Positions 50,902-63,779 are shown, counted from the stretch's first letter. The stretch: DNA of 64,000 nucleotides from Octopus sinensis (GCF_006345805.1 NC_043013.1:28954001-29018000), one strand, 5' to 3'. The notes: generated by a model from the letters alone, not told the origin. A program made the numbers and translations.

Positions 50902-53118
50902 TGCGGCGACCTTCTTTCAGTTTCTGTCTACCAAATTCACTCACAAGGCTTTGGTCGGCCCATTTATATTAGAAGACATCTGCCTAAGGTGCCATGCAGT
51001 GGGACTGAACCCTGAAGCATGTGATGGGAAGCAAGCTTCTTACCACACAGCCACATTTAAAAAAAATTGTTCAAGTATTTTGTGTGAATTGCAGAAATAC
51101 AACCAGTTTATTGCAGATAAATTTTAACAACAAAATCTTATGTGGACCTCCCAAGGGCCATATGAACCCTGGTTGAGAACCACCGAGTTAGCATTATGAC
51201 TTCTTGTGAGATGTTGAATGAAAGGATTAACTTTTTTTTAAAAGAAATTTGACTGCTGCTTTCAAGTTTTTAAAAGCTTGCATTATTTCTGAGTCAAGGA
51301 ACGTGGCTCCACGTGTGTGTGTGTATGTACATATGTGAGTGTGTGTGAGTGTATATGTGTGCAAGTATCTGTGTATCTATGTATGCCAGTGTGTGTGTGT
51401 GTCTGTGAGTGAATGCCATGTGTATATATTTATACATGGGCTTGTGTGTGTGTGTGTGTGTGTATATAAAGCCATAATTAACACCTACATATATATACAC
51501 ACACACAAATACAGTCTCCCCCACGTCTCTCTTTCTCTCTCTCTCTCTCTCTCGTTCTCTCTCATTCTATCTCTCACTCTCTCTCACACACACACACATG
51601 TCTATACAGAAATTTGTTTCCAGATAATTGGCTATTTAGCATATTTAATGCTGACTACTATAGAAATAGTACTGTCTGTTGAATGTCTGTCTGTCAGCAT
51701 CTGTCATTTATGATTTGTTAACTAACATGGCAGTTTCTGGCATTTCTTTTCATTGTTGCTGATCAAATTGTCTTTATGAAGTTTAGTTAAAGTCCATAAG
51801 CTAGTCCGTATTTTGCCCTTCCACTGCCACTTTCGATAAATGCTTTCTTTTCTTCAAGAATCCCTCAAGTGACCATGTCCCACACAAAAGAAGCCACCAG
51901 GCAAGCTTCTGTGTGGTTGATGGTTTTTCAGTTTTCTAAAAATATTCCTCACATCTCACTCAAGCATCAGCTTCACCTGACTTTCTTAGCCTTTTAGCAT
52001 TCAGATTATCTTGTCAAATGTAATGCATAGTTATTCACATTGTTTTGAATTAACACGTTAACCTCCATGGCCTGTTACTGGAATTTCATAGTGACACCCT
52101 GTATTTCATGCTCTATTACTCCCAGCACAATATTACAGTATTTCATAATTAAACTCTAAAACTGATTTTAAATTTCAGCACAAGGCCAACAAAAGGAAAT
52201 GTATGTATGTATACAAACAGGAAGAATAATTGAGCATAATTGACACAGACACATTCCTTCTCCTCATGCACGTAAATTGACATATGCTCACATACATAAA
52301 CGGGATGAGAGAGAGAAACATTAAAATGTCTGATAACAAATAAGCCAGCATTGAATCATTGATGCCAAATAAGTGATGCCAAAACAGTTGTGATGAAACA
52401 CCTCATACCATTTTGGTCCTGTGGCTCACTGGTTACAGCATCAGGCTCACAATCATGAAGTAGTGAGTTCTTTTCCTGGACCAGGGTGTATGTTGTTTTC
52501 TTGAGTGAGACACCTTTATTTCACATTGCTCCAGTTCACTCAGCTGTAGAAATGAGTTGCAATGTTACTGGTGTCAAGCTGTGTTAGTCTTTGCCTTTCC
52601 TTTGGATAATATCAGTTGTGTGGTGGTGGTGGGGTCTGGTTTGCATGAGTAACTGCTTGTCTCCCATAAACAACCTTGCCTGGACTTGTGCCTCAGAGGG
52701 GAACTTTCTATGTGCAATCCCATGGTCATTCATGACCAAAGGGGGTCTTTACTCTTTACTTTGTTGTGTCATGGACAGAATATGGATTGTTAATTCTTTG
52801 TTAGGTCTCTGATACTTCTCCCTGCTTCACTGTCCACCTGCTTGTATGCACATCTGTGTGTATGTGCATGCGTGCATGTGGCTAAAAGACTACCAATCAC
52901 GAAGTGATAGGTTTGATCTCTCTGCATGCCATTTTGGGCAAGTGTTTTGCAAGTGTAAGTGGACAGAGAGAAACTGTGTGAAAACCCTACTGGATAACCT
53001 GTACTCATCATACAAAGTGCTCACTCTCATTGCATACGGGGTCTCATTGATTCAGCCTGAGATCTGTGTAAAGAGGAGAAGAGAACAAGTGTATGTGGAA
53101 TACTCTGCCATTTATAAT

Positions 53119-53262
53119 ATAAAGCAAAGGAGTATGTAGTCTCATTGATTGCATGACTAGAAAAGTTGTTGAAATATATAAGAATATATGTGTGTGTGTA
53201 TACATATATATATATATGTAATTATGTATGTGTGTGTGTCAGTATGTATGTGTGTATGTATA

Positions 53263-53293
<31 letters not shown>

Positions 53294-53570
53294 GTATGCG
53301 TATGTATATATGTGTGTGTATGTATGTATATATATGTATGCGTATGTATATATGTGTGTGTATGTATGTATATATATGTACGTATGTATATATGTATGTG
53401 TGTGTATATATGTGTATGTATGTATATATATATATGTGTGTATGTGTATATATATAAAGCAAAGGAGTATGTTGTCTCATTGATTGCATGACTAGAAAAG
53501 TTGTTGAAACTGACTGAGAATATATGTGTGTGTCTGTGTGTGTGTGTCAGTATGTATGTGTGTATGTATA

Positions 53571-53613
<43 letters not shown>

Positions 53614-53656
53614 GCGTATGTATATATGTGTGTGTATGTATATATATTTGTGTATG

Positions 53657-53690
<34 letters not shown>

Positions 53691-53692
53691 TG

Positions 53693-53739
<47 letters not shown>

Positions 53740-53845
53740 ATGTATGTATATATATGTGTGTATGTATATATATAAAGCAAAGGAGTATGTTGTCTCATTG
53801 ATTGCATGACTAGAAAAGTTGTTGAAACTGACTGAGAATATATAT
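53119..53845. repeat. Tandem triplication: ~65-bp unique core plus variable microsatellite
   Basis: ataaagcaaaggagtatgt.gtctcattgattgcatgactagaaaagttgttgaaa at 53119, 53454 and 53772. Confidence 0.92.
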
Positions 53846-54285
53846 GAGTGTGGGTGTGTGTGTGTATATATACATAAGTAATTGTGTATGTGCGTATATA
53901 TAATTACATATATATGTGTGTATGTATGTATATATGTGTATGTGTATTACTTTGTATTAGTGAAAAGAGGGAAGTGAGTGTCATTGTTGTCAGGGAAGAA
54001 CTGAACATTTGATGGATATCAGAGAGAAAGAGAGAAGCTGTAAAAGATGACTTAACTGACTTCTTTTGTAAACCTGTAAACTGGTTATAAAGTGAAGTGG
54101 TTTACTATTTTTATCCAATCAACTTCACGAGGAGGCTTAATTGCAATCGGGAGAAGAAAAGAAAAGCGACCAAATGAAAAGAAGGCATGGAAAGAATTAA
54201 GATTTCATTTCAAAGAATGAGGCCCATGCAAATTGTCTTCTCTGATACAACAGCGCAGCAGCTGCTGCTAATGATGATGATGATG

Positions 54286-54316
<31 letters not shown>

Positions 54317-55364
54317 TAATAATAATAATAAAGTGATGATGATGATGATGATAATGATGCTGGCTTCTATATTTGCTGGAAAGTCAGAAATTTTGAGGGT
54401 ATAGTTGATTGAAGTAGCTTTAGTGTATTTTCCTGTATTTATGTTAACATTTCAGGAGAAGTTGGAAGAATGCTTTTTAAGTGTTTATTTGACTTGTTTT
54501 ATGTTTGTCTTGAATTCACATCCTGCCCAGACCAACTTTGTCTCTTCATCCTTCGGTAAAATACCAACCAAAGTACTCAGGGTGTTCCTTCTCAGATTTG
54601 TGACCTTGTCTTTTTTCTGGTCTTCTATGAAAAACATGCCTGGCAGTGAAGGAAATATCACCTTGCTTGGAGACAGGTGATGTTTGGTGACAAGAAGGGC
54701 ATCTGGCTGTAGAAAATCTGCTTCAAGAAATTCTCTCTGATCCATGCATGTATGGAAAAGTGGATCTTACATGAAGCTGTTGATGATGTGCCCTCTTTAA
54801 AAATCAATAATCTTTTTTTTCACATTGTCACATGGCCACAGAGTTGTTGGAGAGAGAGAAAGAAAGAAAGAAAGACAAAGAGAGAGAGAGAGTTACAGTT
54901 GATTGATTATCCAAATTATTACATTCCGGGGTAAAATAAGACCTTATGGTATTTGTTCCAACTCTTTACATTCTGAGTTCAAATCCAGTAGCAGTCAAGT
55001 TAAGTTTACCTTCTACCATTCTGAGGCTGACTCATGAAATGCCAGTCAAAGTATTGTGGTTGAGTCTATCTGTTTGTCTGCCTCTCTCTGAACCAACTCT
55101 GTTGCATTGTGAGAAGGGTAGTAAGAGACCACTAACAGCATCCCCATTTTTCTTTCCACACATCGAAGGGTTGACTGAAGGGCTAGCAATTTCTTCTCAT
55201 AGAAAAACTAATATGTTACTGAAACTTTCTTGAGCTGGATTGGGGGCAATAAAGTACAAAACAGAAACAAAGGAGATATTACTGGTACTTTGTTTCTTAG
55301 GTCTCAGTGAAATGAATGTCCTTCTCAGTGACATTTGTCATTCTTCTTTGCTCTCTGCTGCATC

Positions 55365-56000
55365 ATCATCGTTTATTGTCCGTTTTCCATGCTAGCATGG
55401 GTTGACCTGGGTTGGAAGGTTTGATTGCGGTCTGGAAAGCCAGTGGCTGCACCAGGCTCCAATCTGATCTAGCAATGTTTCTACAGCTTGATGCCCTTCC
55501 TAATGCCAACCACTCTGAGAGAGTAGTGGGTGCTTTTTATGTGCCACCGGCACAGGAGCCAGTCAGGTGGCCCTGGCATCGTTCACATTCGGATAGTACT
55601 TTTTATGTACCACTAGAACCAGTCAAGGGACACTGGCATTGTTCACGTTCAGAAAGTGCTTTTTATGTACCACTAGAATCAGTCAGGGGGCACTGGCATC
55701 GTTCACATTCGGATAGTGCTTTTTACATGCCACTGGCATGGGAGCCAGTCAGGGGACACTGGCATCGACTATATTTGGATGGTGCATTTTATGTGCCACT
55801 GGCATGGGAGCCAGTAAGGAAGCCCTGGCATCGATCACGTTTGGATGGCGATTTTTACGTGCCACCAGCACAGGAGCCAGTCAGGGGGTACTGCCATCGA
55901 CCACGTTTGGATGGTGAATTTTATGTGCCACTAGCACGGGAATCAGTTAGGGTGCACTGGCCACAGCTATGATTTAGGTTTTACTTGACTCAACAGGTCC
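55365..56000 (-). mobile_element. RTE-like 3' end with seven 60/66-bp VNTR units
   Basis: Units start at 55530, 55596, 55656, 55716, 55782, 55848 and 55914. (CAT)n tail at about 55365. Confidence 0.75.
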
Positions 56001-56289
56001 TTTCTGTTGTCTCTTGACATACCACTCACATTTACCCATCTACTCTCCTCTTCTAATTTAACACCCTGATGTTATTCTGAAGTCTTAGTTTGGCTGGGCT
56101 TCAGAATTGGTTCAAGTAGAAGAGAGGAGGTGTTGTGATAGGTTTTAGAATATTGACCTCAAAGGACTTGTGTTTTATTATGTTGCTATTATCCATTTTC
56201 TTTCTAGTCATCTTTGTTTTCCATACATACATACATACATACATACATACATACATACATACATACATACATACACACATACATACTTA

Positions 56290-56342
<53 letters not shown>

Positions 56343-56519
56343 GCATGCATTGATTCATTGATTCATTGGAACTGTGTATCTTGAAGTAAATAAAGCCATG
56401 GATAGAAAAAGCTGAAGACTGCTTGTGAGACTCAACAATAAATAAATGAATATACATAAGTTGGTGACAGAATGAGTATCCAGTGATAGAGAATCTGCCT
56501 CAGCATGTATTGTCTAACA

Positions 56520-56852
56520 CAGGGCTGGCCAACCTGAGGCCCACAGGCTGCATGTGGCTCACAGACTTTTACCTTGTGGCCTGCTTGATACTTTCTTTAA
56601 ATGGGTTTATTTAAACAAACATTTAAAAAAATTTTATCAAAAATTAAAGATTGTAATGGAAAGTAAAAAAGGAAAATACTACTGTTTTTGAAATGATGAT
56701 ATTTCATGGTGAATTAACGATCATTCATTCATTATTTTAATAATAGCATGAGAAAGCAAAATGCTTTCAATTCTGTCTGTATACAAGCGGCCCTCAAAAA
56801 ACATTCTGTGATTAAAGTGGCCCGCAGTGTAATTCAAGTTGGCCAGGTCCTG
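56520..56852. mobile_element. hAT-type MITE with near-perfect 8-bp TSD
   Basis: TIRs cagggctggccaac and gttggccaggtcctg; flanks GTCTAACA and ATCTAACA. Confidence 0.8.
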
Positions 56853-57265
56853 ATCTAACATATGCTACCATGCAAAAATGGATGTAAAAACCATCATCAT
56901 CATTTAACATCCCTTTTCCTATGCTGGCATCGGTTGGATGGTTTGACAAGAGCTGGTAAATCAGGGTGCTCAGCCAAGTTGTATGTCTGCGTTGGCAAGG
57001 TGTCTACAGCTGGATGCCCTTCCTGTTGCGTTTGATGGTATATCCTTCACATTGCTGTCACTATATGTAGATGTATATGGTGTAATTATGAATAGAAGAA
57101 GAGTGAGTTGTTGGGTTTTGTATTGGGGTGGTACAGATGGTGTAGTTGTGTAGTGTTTGCGATGATGCCTGGATGGGGTGGGGCTCAATGCTTAGTATTT
57201 TGTCCCGTGGACAGTTTGGGAGATGCATGTGTGTGTATATGGGGATAGATATATATTTGTATGTT

Positions 57266-57302
<37 letters not shown>

Positions 57303-57307
57303 TATGT

Positions 57308-57557
57308 GGAAGCGTGTGGCTTAGTGGTTAGGGTGTTGAACTCATGATCGTAAAGTTGTAGTTTTGATTCCTGGACCGGGCGATGCATTATGTTCTTGAG
57401 CAAAACACTTCATTTCATGTTGCTCCAGTCCACTCAGCCGGCAAAAATGAGTAATCCTGCGATGGACTGGTGTCCTGTCCAGGTGGGGATTTTCTATGCC
57501 ACTGAAACCAGGAAACTGGCCCTTATGAGCCTGGCATGGCTCGAGAAGGAACACTTA

Positions 57558-57558
<1 letters not shown>
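57308..57558 (+). mobile_element. tRNA-derived SINE with V-domain-like segment
   Basis: tRNA-like head, gttcttgagcaaaacactt, then cctgcgatggactggtgtcctgtccagg; between (TA)n tracts. Confidence 0.75.
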
Positions 57559-57594
<36 letters not shown>

Positions 57595-57670
57595 TGAGGG
57601 AGATAAATTAATATTAATTTAAAACCAGTAGCCTAGCATACAAAAATCTGAAAAATCAGAGAAAATTCTA

Positions 57671-57800
57671 ATATATGTGTATATTGAAAGGGCAAGACCG
57701 CTAGGTAGTCGGCCGTATGCTAGAAATAGATCGTTGGTGATCTATTTCTAGCATACGGCCGACTATCTAGCGGTCTTGCCCTTTGAATATACACATGTAT
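57671..57800. repeat. Near-perfect hairpin: 62-bp arms, 6-nt loop
   Basis: Arms at 57671-57732 and 57739-57800 differ at 3 positions. Confidence 0.95.
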
Positions 57801-57917
57801 ATATATATATATATATATATCATCATCGGCATCGTCGTCGTTTAGCATCCGCTTTCCATACTGGCATGGGTTGGATGGTTTGACTGAGGACTGGCAAGCC
57901 AGAAGGCTGCACCAGGC

Positions 57918-57970
<53 letters not shown>

Positions 57971-58486
57971 TATATAAAGAGAGTGAGAGAGAGAATCATT
58001 GCCATCACACACACCAAACAACATAATAGCAATATGAACTGTTTTGACCATCAAACTTGTATTTAAATAGAAACCTGAAAATGATGAGTCTAATAAGTAA
58101 ATCGATGCCATCACTGCTGCTGCTGCTGCTGCTATAGAAAAATAATTATAAAAATATAAAAAAAAAAGTTGAGCGTCATGTAGAATATCTAGTCATAAGA
58201 TCATCCTAGCCATGTTTTTATTGATATTATGGATAAAAGAAATCTCTTGATTTAAAAATCAATTATGAAAGAAACAAAAGTCCAACCAAAAACAAAAAGG
58301 AAACAAAAGAAAATGAGTAAAACAAAGAAACTCTAACAATGAAGACTATTGAACTAGAACTCAATGCATCCTACTTTATACTGTATATTTGGCGCTGAGA
58401 ATGTCCCTGGGTGTCAGTAGTTAAGCTGGTGCAATTGTAGTTTTGTAGTATAATTGTACTAGCTAGAAACGAATGAGATATTTTTA

Positions 58487-58756
58487 TATTCTTTTATTTT
58501 ATCTGTTTCAGTCATTTGACTGTAGCCATGCTGAAGCGTCGCCTTTTAGTCGAACAAATCGACCCCAGGACTTATTCTTTGTAAGCCTACTACTTATTGC
58601 TGAACCACTAAGTTATAGGGATGTAAACACACCAGCATCGGTTGTCAAGCAATGCTGGAGTAGAAAACACTTGCCCAAGGACCCATGCAGTGGGACTGAA
58701 CCCGGAACCATGTGGTTGGTAAGTAAGCTATATACCACACAGCCACTCCTGCGCCT
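58487..58756 (-). mobile_element. S1 SINE with internal deletion
   Basis: Tail and head present; the central microsatellite portion is missing. Confidence 0.75.
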
Positions 58757-59109
58757 AGTCAACAATGGTTAAAGTTGTTTGATTTAAGTTCATTATAGTC
58801 TTCTTAAGCCATCAATACCAGAGCCATGATGGAGTGTTGTAAGCCTCTGGTGTGTTTTAAACCCTGGACCCATGTCTTTAGCATTCAGATTACTCTGCCG
58901 AATGTAATGCTTTTTCGTTCACATCGTTTTCAGTTATTCATGCATCACTTTGTAACTTCGAGATTGTGATGATGTGATTGCTTATTTTCAGAATGATGTT
59001 GTAGGATTGGTGTAAGAGGTCAGATCTGGCTAGTTTGAATGTAAAACAAGGTAGAGTATCTGGGCTGGATTTGGTTGGTTTAAATTCTAAATGGTGTTAG
59101 GCGATAAAG

Positions 59110-59140
<31 letters not shown>

Positions 59141-59343
59141 AACTGTTACTGACTTTGAGAGAACATGAAAGTTTCAATTCTCCTCTGATTAAATGCATCT
59201 ATCTGGGCCACAATCGTGGCCTGTCGACCTGTGCCTGACAATCATGGCCCATCATGCTTTGTGTTAAGCTGAAGGATTACTCAATAAGTTTTGTGGAGTA
59301 CATATTTATTATTCTTTAACTAGAAATACACACACACACACAC

Positions 59344-59388
<45 letters not shown>

Positions 59389-59445
59389 TGCATACATGTG
59401 TGTGTGTGTGTGTGTATATATACCTACATGTGTATATATATATGC

Positions 59446-59482
<37 letters not shown>

Positions 59483-59576
59483 TATATATATACACACACA
59501 CGCACACACATATATTTCATTTTGGGATTTGGTTTGCAAGATTCTTTATGTGAGTTCGTGTGTTGAAGCATATACT

Positions 59577-59680
59577 GTTGTGTTTGGGGAGAGTCATTCT
59601 CTTCAAGTGCCTTATAATTTAACACTCACCGGTAAAATTTCTACTTATTTGTTCATTAAAAGAGAATGACTTTCCCCGAC

Positions 59681-59685
<5 letters not shown>
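59577..59685. repeat. Inverted repeat with ~26-bp arms next to (TA)n
   Basis: gttgtgtttggggagagtcattctctt versus aagagaatgactttccccgacacaac. Confidence 0.85.
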
Positions 59686-59756
<71 letters not shown>

Positions 59757-61999
59757 ATATAATATGTATATATGCATATACATATGTGTACGTATATATA
59801 TGAATTTCCTTAATCAGGTGATTAAGATCATTCAAACAAGGAAGAACTCTATACATTAGAGCTTAGGGTAGAATGTTAATTTAAGTACTGAGATTCGATA
59901 ATTGTACAAATTTCAAAAGTAGGTCACCACCTGTTGTTTTTTTTTCCTCAGTGCATGTTTGTGTGTGTGTGTGTGTGTACTCTTGTCTAGGCACCATATC
60001 GTTGTACATGAGCATCATTGTCATACAAGTTTGTTCATTTCTAGTCTTGCTTGGAAAACATGTCTGCCCATGGGAAAATATCAGTTTGCTTGGAAACAGG
60101 TGAGGGTTGGCAGCAGGAAGGGCATCCAGCTGTAGAAAAATCTGTCCTAGTAAATTCCATATGCAAGCATGGAAAAATGGATGTTAAATGATGATGATGA
60201 CCTGTAGGATAATGGGATAGTGATTGCAAGTGGTGATTAAGTGTAGTAGTTTAGCCAGTGGGCAGGAGTCTAGTCCCTGGATCAGCCAGGCTGTATCACA
60301 AATAGAAGAACTAGAATGGTGAATGGACTGAGAACAGTCTGCCCCTGTGCATTTACTAGAGCTTAGTTCAAGATTCCAAGACCATTATTTAATCTCTTGG
60401 ACACCTAATGAAGGCTAGCGAGTGTAATGGTCAAAATGTAGTGACTATAACAACCATGATGAGGGTGCCAATACTAATATGTTACTGTATTAGGATTTCA
60501 ACTGTATGCAACAAACTCCTGAAACACTCATCAGTTACATAGTGGCCCCCTACTTACCATGGTTAACCATAAGTTTCTGTTTGTTAATTATTCTTAGCTT
60601 TTGCAGTTAATTTTATCCGTTATGTACACAGCATTCTTCTGGTGATAGGATGTGAAACATAGATTCACCCTCTCCTTGTTGCTTAACCCCTTCCCCCCAA
60701 AAATTCATTCCCTGCTATGGCTATTCCATCCACTTATTCTTTACTAGGTGTAGCGTATGTAAAAGCACATGACATTGTGGTTAGGGCATTGGGTTCACAT
60801 TTGGTAGGTTGTGGGTTTGATTCTTGAACTGGGTAGGGTATTGAAAGTCATGGCCTTGAGCAAGGCACTTCATCCACTTTGCTTCAGTCCCTTCAGTTGT
60901 AAATAAAGTACTTGTGTCACCTGTGGAGGTTAACCTTTTGATAGCCTTGTTCATGCTCAGGTGGAAATCCTGTAGTTACAGTTGCTTAAAAGCCATGAAA
61001 ATCTGGATAAATTTTGACTTAATGGCTCTGTAGACTGGAGACAAGACTTTAACAGTATGGGAGTTAAATGTATTGATCATATACACCAAATGTCTTCTGG
61101 TAACAGGTTGTAAGATATGAATTCACTTTTCCTCTCTTGATGTTATTTAGCTCCAAATTGGCCCCAATTATGCAAACATCTGATCAAAAACTTTCCAGCT
61201 GTGACCATTCCAATTTTTTTGCTCCCTCTTGGCATAGTGTTCCTTAACTAGATATCATCCATATATGTCCTTTGATTTTTTTTTTCTTGACAAGTAGAGT
61301 GTAATCTAAGAGAAATGTGGCTGTTATTTCTAGCAGGTTGAGTGACCATACAGAGATTTTCTCTTTGCTTCATTGTCTAATGGATAGGTGGTGTTGGCAG
61401 TGGTGGGGTTCTTATTGACTTGGGCCTTTTAGTGCTACTTGCCACTTGAAGGGGTAAAGACGGACAGTTGAAGGAAAGCATCTAGTGTGGTGCTTTGCTG
61501 CCATTGTCATCTCTACTTTTAGACAAGGTTGACATGTGTTATGACATTCCTCAACAGTATACAACTAAAATATTGCACAGCAAAACTCTTTCTGTTTTTC
61601 TTTTTTGTTTTTACTTTTCCCAGTAAACATTTTTACATATGTAACCTTTCTCCCCACAAAAACAAAAAGGAAAAACAAACAACCACTTCATAACAACATT
61701 AATAATGATATCGGTAATAAATTACTGACACTTACTGGAAAAAACCCCAAAACAGAGGAAGATGTGGAAGTATATTTCTACACCCCCCCATATATCATCA
61801 TCATCATCATTTAACATATATTTTCCATGCTGGTGGGTCGAACAGTTTGACAGGAGGTGCTAAGGCAAGGAGCCACATCAGGTTCCATAGTTTGTTTTGG
61901 GTTGGTTTCTGCACCTGGATGCCCTTCCTAATGCCAACCACTTTGCAGAGTGTACTGGGTGCTCTTTAAATGGTGCTAGCACCAGAGCTTTTTACATGG

Positions 62000-62225
62000 C
62001 ACCAGTAGTGGCCGGTGCCAGACTCCCCTGGCACCTGTGCCAGTGGCATGTAAAAAGCACCCACTACACTCTCGGAGTAGTTGGCGTTAGGAAGGGCATC
62101 CAGCTGTAGAAACACTGCCAGATCAGACTGGAGCCCGGTGCAGCCTCCTGGCTTCCCAGACCCCGGTCGAACCGTCCAACCTGTGCTAGCATGGAAAACG
62201 GACGTTAAACGATGATGATGATGAT
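62000..62225 (+). mobile_element. RTE-like 3' end, head-to-head with a minus copy at about 61795-61990
   Basis: cactacactctcggagtagttggcgttaggaagggcatccagc...gacgttaaacgatgatgatg. Confidence 0.75.
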
Positions 62226-62248
62226 ATATATATATGATATATATATAT

Positions 62249-62480
62249 AGCGGCGAGCTGGCAGAAACGTTAGCACGCCGGATGAAATGCTTAGCAGTAT
62301 TTCGTCTGTCGTTACGTTCTAAGTTCAAATTCCGCCGAGGTCGACTTTGCCTTTCATCCTTTCGGGTTCGATAAATTAAGTACCAGTTACGCACTGGGGT
62401 CAATATAATCGGCTTAATCCGTTTGTCTGTCCTTGTTTGTCCTCTCTGTGTTTAGCCCCTTGTGGGTAGTAAAGAAATAG
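62249..62480 (+). mobile_element. Full-length S2 SINE monomer (tRNA head, Meta-domain-like core) in (TA)n
   Basis: gcggcgagctggcagaaacgttagc...gttcaaattccgcc...gcctttcatcctttcgggttcgataaattaagtaccagt...aaagaaatag. The Meta-domain resemblance is from recall of the consensus. Confidence 0.85.
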
Positions 62481-62658
62481 ATATATATATATAGAGGTTA
62501 GTTGAGATAGAGGTTAAAATAACAGTCTAAGGGATAGAAAGTATCCATTACACTACCGGTATATTACCTATATTTAACCATGGGCATACATATGCAAACA
62601 TATTATGTTCATAAATTATAAGTAAAGATAAGGATAAACATGGGTTTATCAAGAATCA

Positions 62659-62744
62659 AAATTTAGAGAAAACAGAAAATGGAGAAGTATTGATGAACAA
62701 CAATTGTTGTTCATCTGTACTTCTCCATTTTCTGTTTTCTTTGA

Positions 62745-62748
<4 letters not shown>
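62659..62748. repeat. Loop-less palindrome with 45-bp arms
   Basis: Centre CAA|TTG at 62703/62704; 4 non-Watson-Crick positions, 3 of them G:T. Confidence 0.95.
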
Positions 62749-62797
<49 letters not shown>

Positions 62798-63014
62798 GGA
62801 GATGTACTTGCATAGCGAGTGACCTGATCTGAGTTCGTGTGCTGGAATGAAAACAATTGCAGCATTGAAGGTGATGCATTTTGTCAGTGAACAGATTACA
62901 GTCTCAAAGTGACGAAAATATTTTGGCGAATTAATTTAAATGTTGAAGTGAATCTAACGGTTTTTGTGTGTTTCTTAAATGGCTTATAAACACCTTCCAT
63001 GCTGCAATTGTTTA

Positions 63015-63087
<73 letters not shown>

Positions 63088-63779
63088 ATGTATGTATATG
63101 ATGGGCTTCTTTCAGTTTCCACCTTCCAACTTCACTCACAAAACTTTAGTTGGCCCAGGGCTATAGTAGAAGACACTTGCCCAAGGAGACATGTGGTGGG
63201 GCTGAACCTGGGACTATGTCATTGGGAAGAAAACTTACCCTCAGTCATGCCGGCACTAAATACATTCTTATTTTAGAATTGCAATCGTCTGGAACTATTT
63301 TCTTGTTCCCATTTTCTGATCAGTGAACATGAAAAATTTTAACTCAACATCACCTAAACTAGTTCGGGGGAACCTGGAAAGGCTATGGGCACTGCCCCAC
63401 CTCCTTGAACTCTTTTTTTTTTTTACCTTTGGACACTAATCTATATGACCAGGTAAGCTCCCTGTAACAATACCTGCTGTCAAGTTCTGATTCTTGCTTG
63501 TAGTTATTTCACTTCATAGTCCTGGGCCATGCATGAATATCTCCGTTTCACTTTCACTGTATTCCGATCCTGGATAAAATTTTAAACTGCATCTATTAAA
63601 GGGGGCCCTGGTCCAGGGCTTCTGGGGGTTTTGAAGCCTGTAGAACCACCTCTTAGTCACTGTTATTCCCAGGTTTGCTATGGCCTAGTCTAGTAGCACC
63701 TGTCACGGTCCCAGCTATGGGTTAGTTAGCAATATTAGGACTTGCCTACCTGTGCATGTGAAAACTGGGTCTGGCAAAC

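Noticed and set aside
53119-53845. Repeat-spacer-repeat pattern resembling CRISPR
   Set aside because: The spacers are ~260-bp microsatellites and there are only three cores; it is a tandem duplication.
60980-61115. SVDWRQ papain-like motif
   Set aside because: Six residues only, bounded by stops, with no downstream QxxCGSCW motif.
62249-62335. tRNA genes (also heads at 3577, 17212, 33752, 47240 and 57308)
   Set aside because: A/B-box-like motifs run straight into SINE bodies and tails; no intact cloverleaf is evident.
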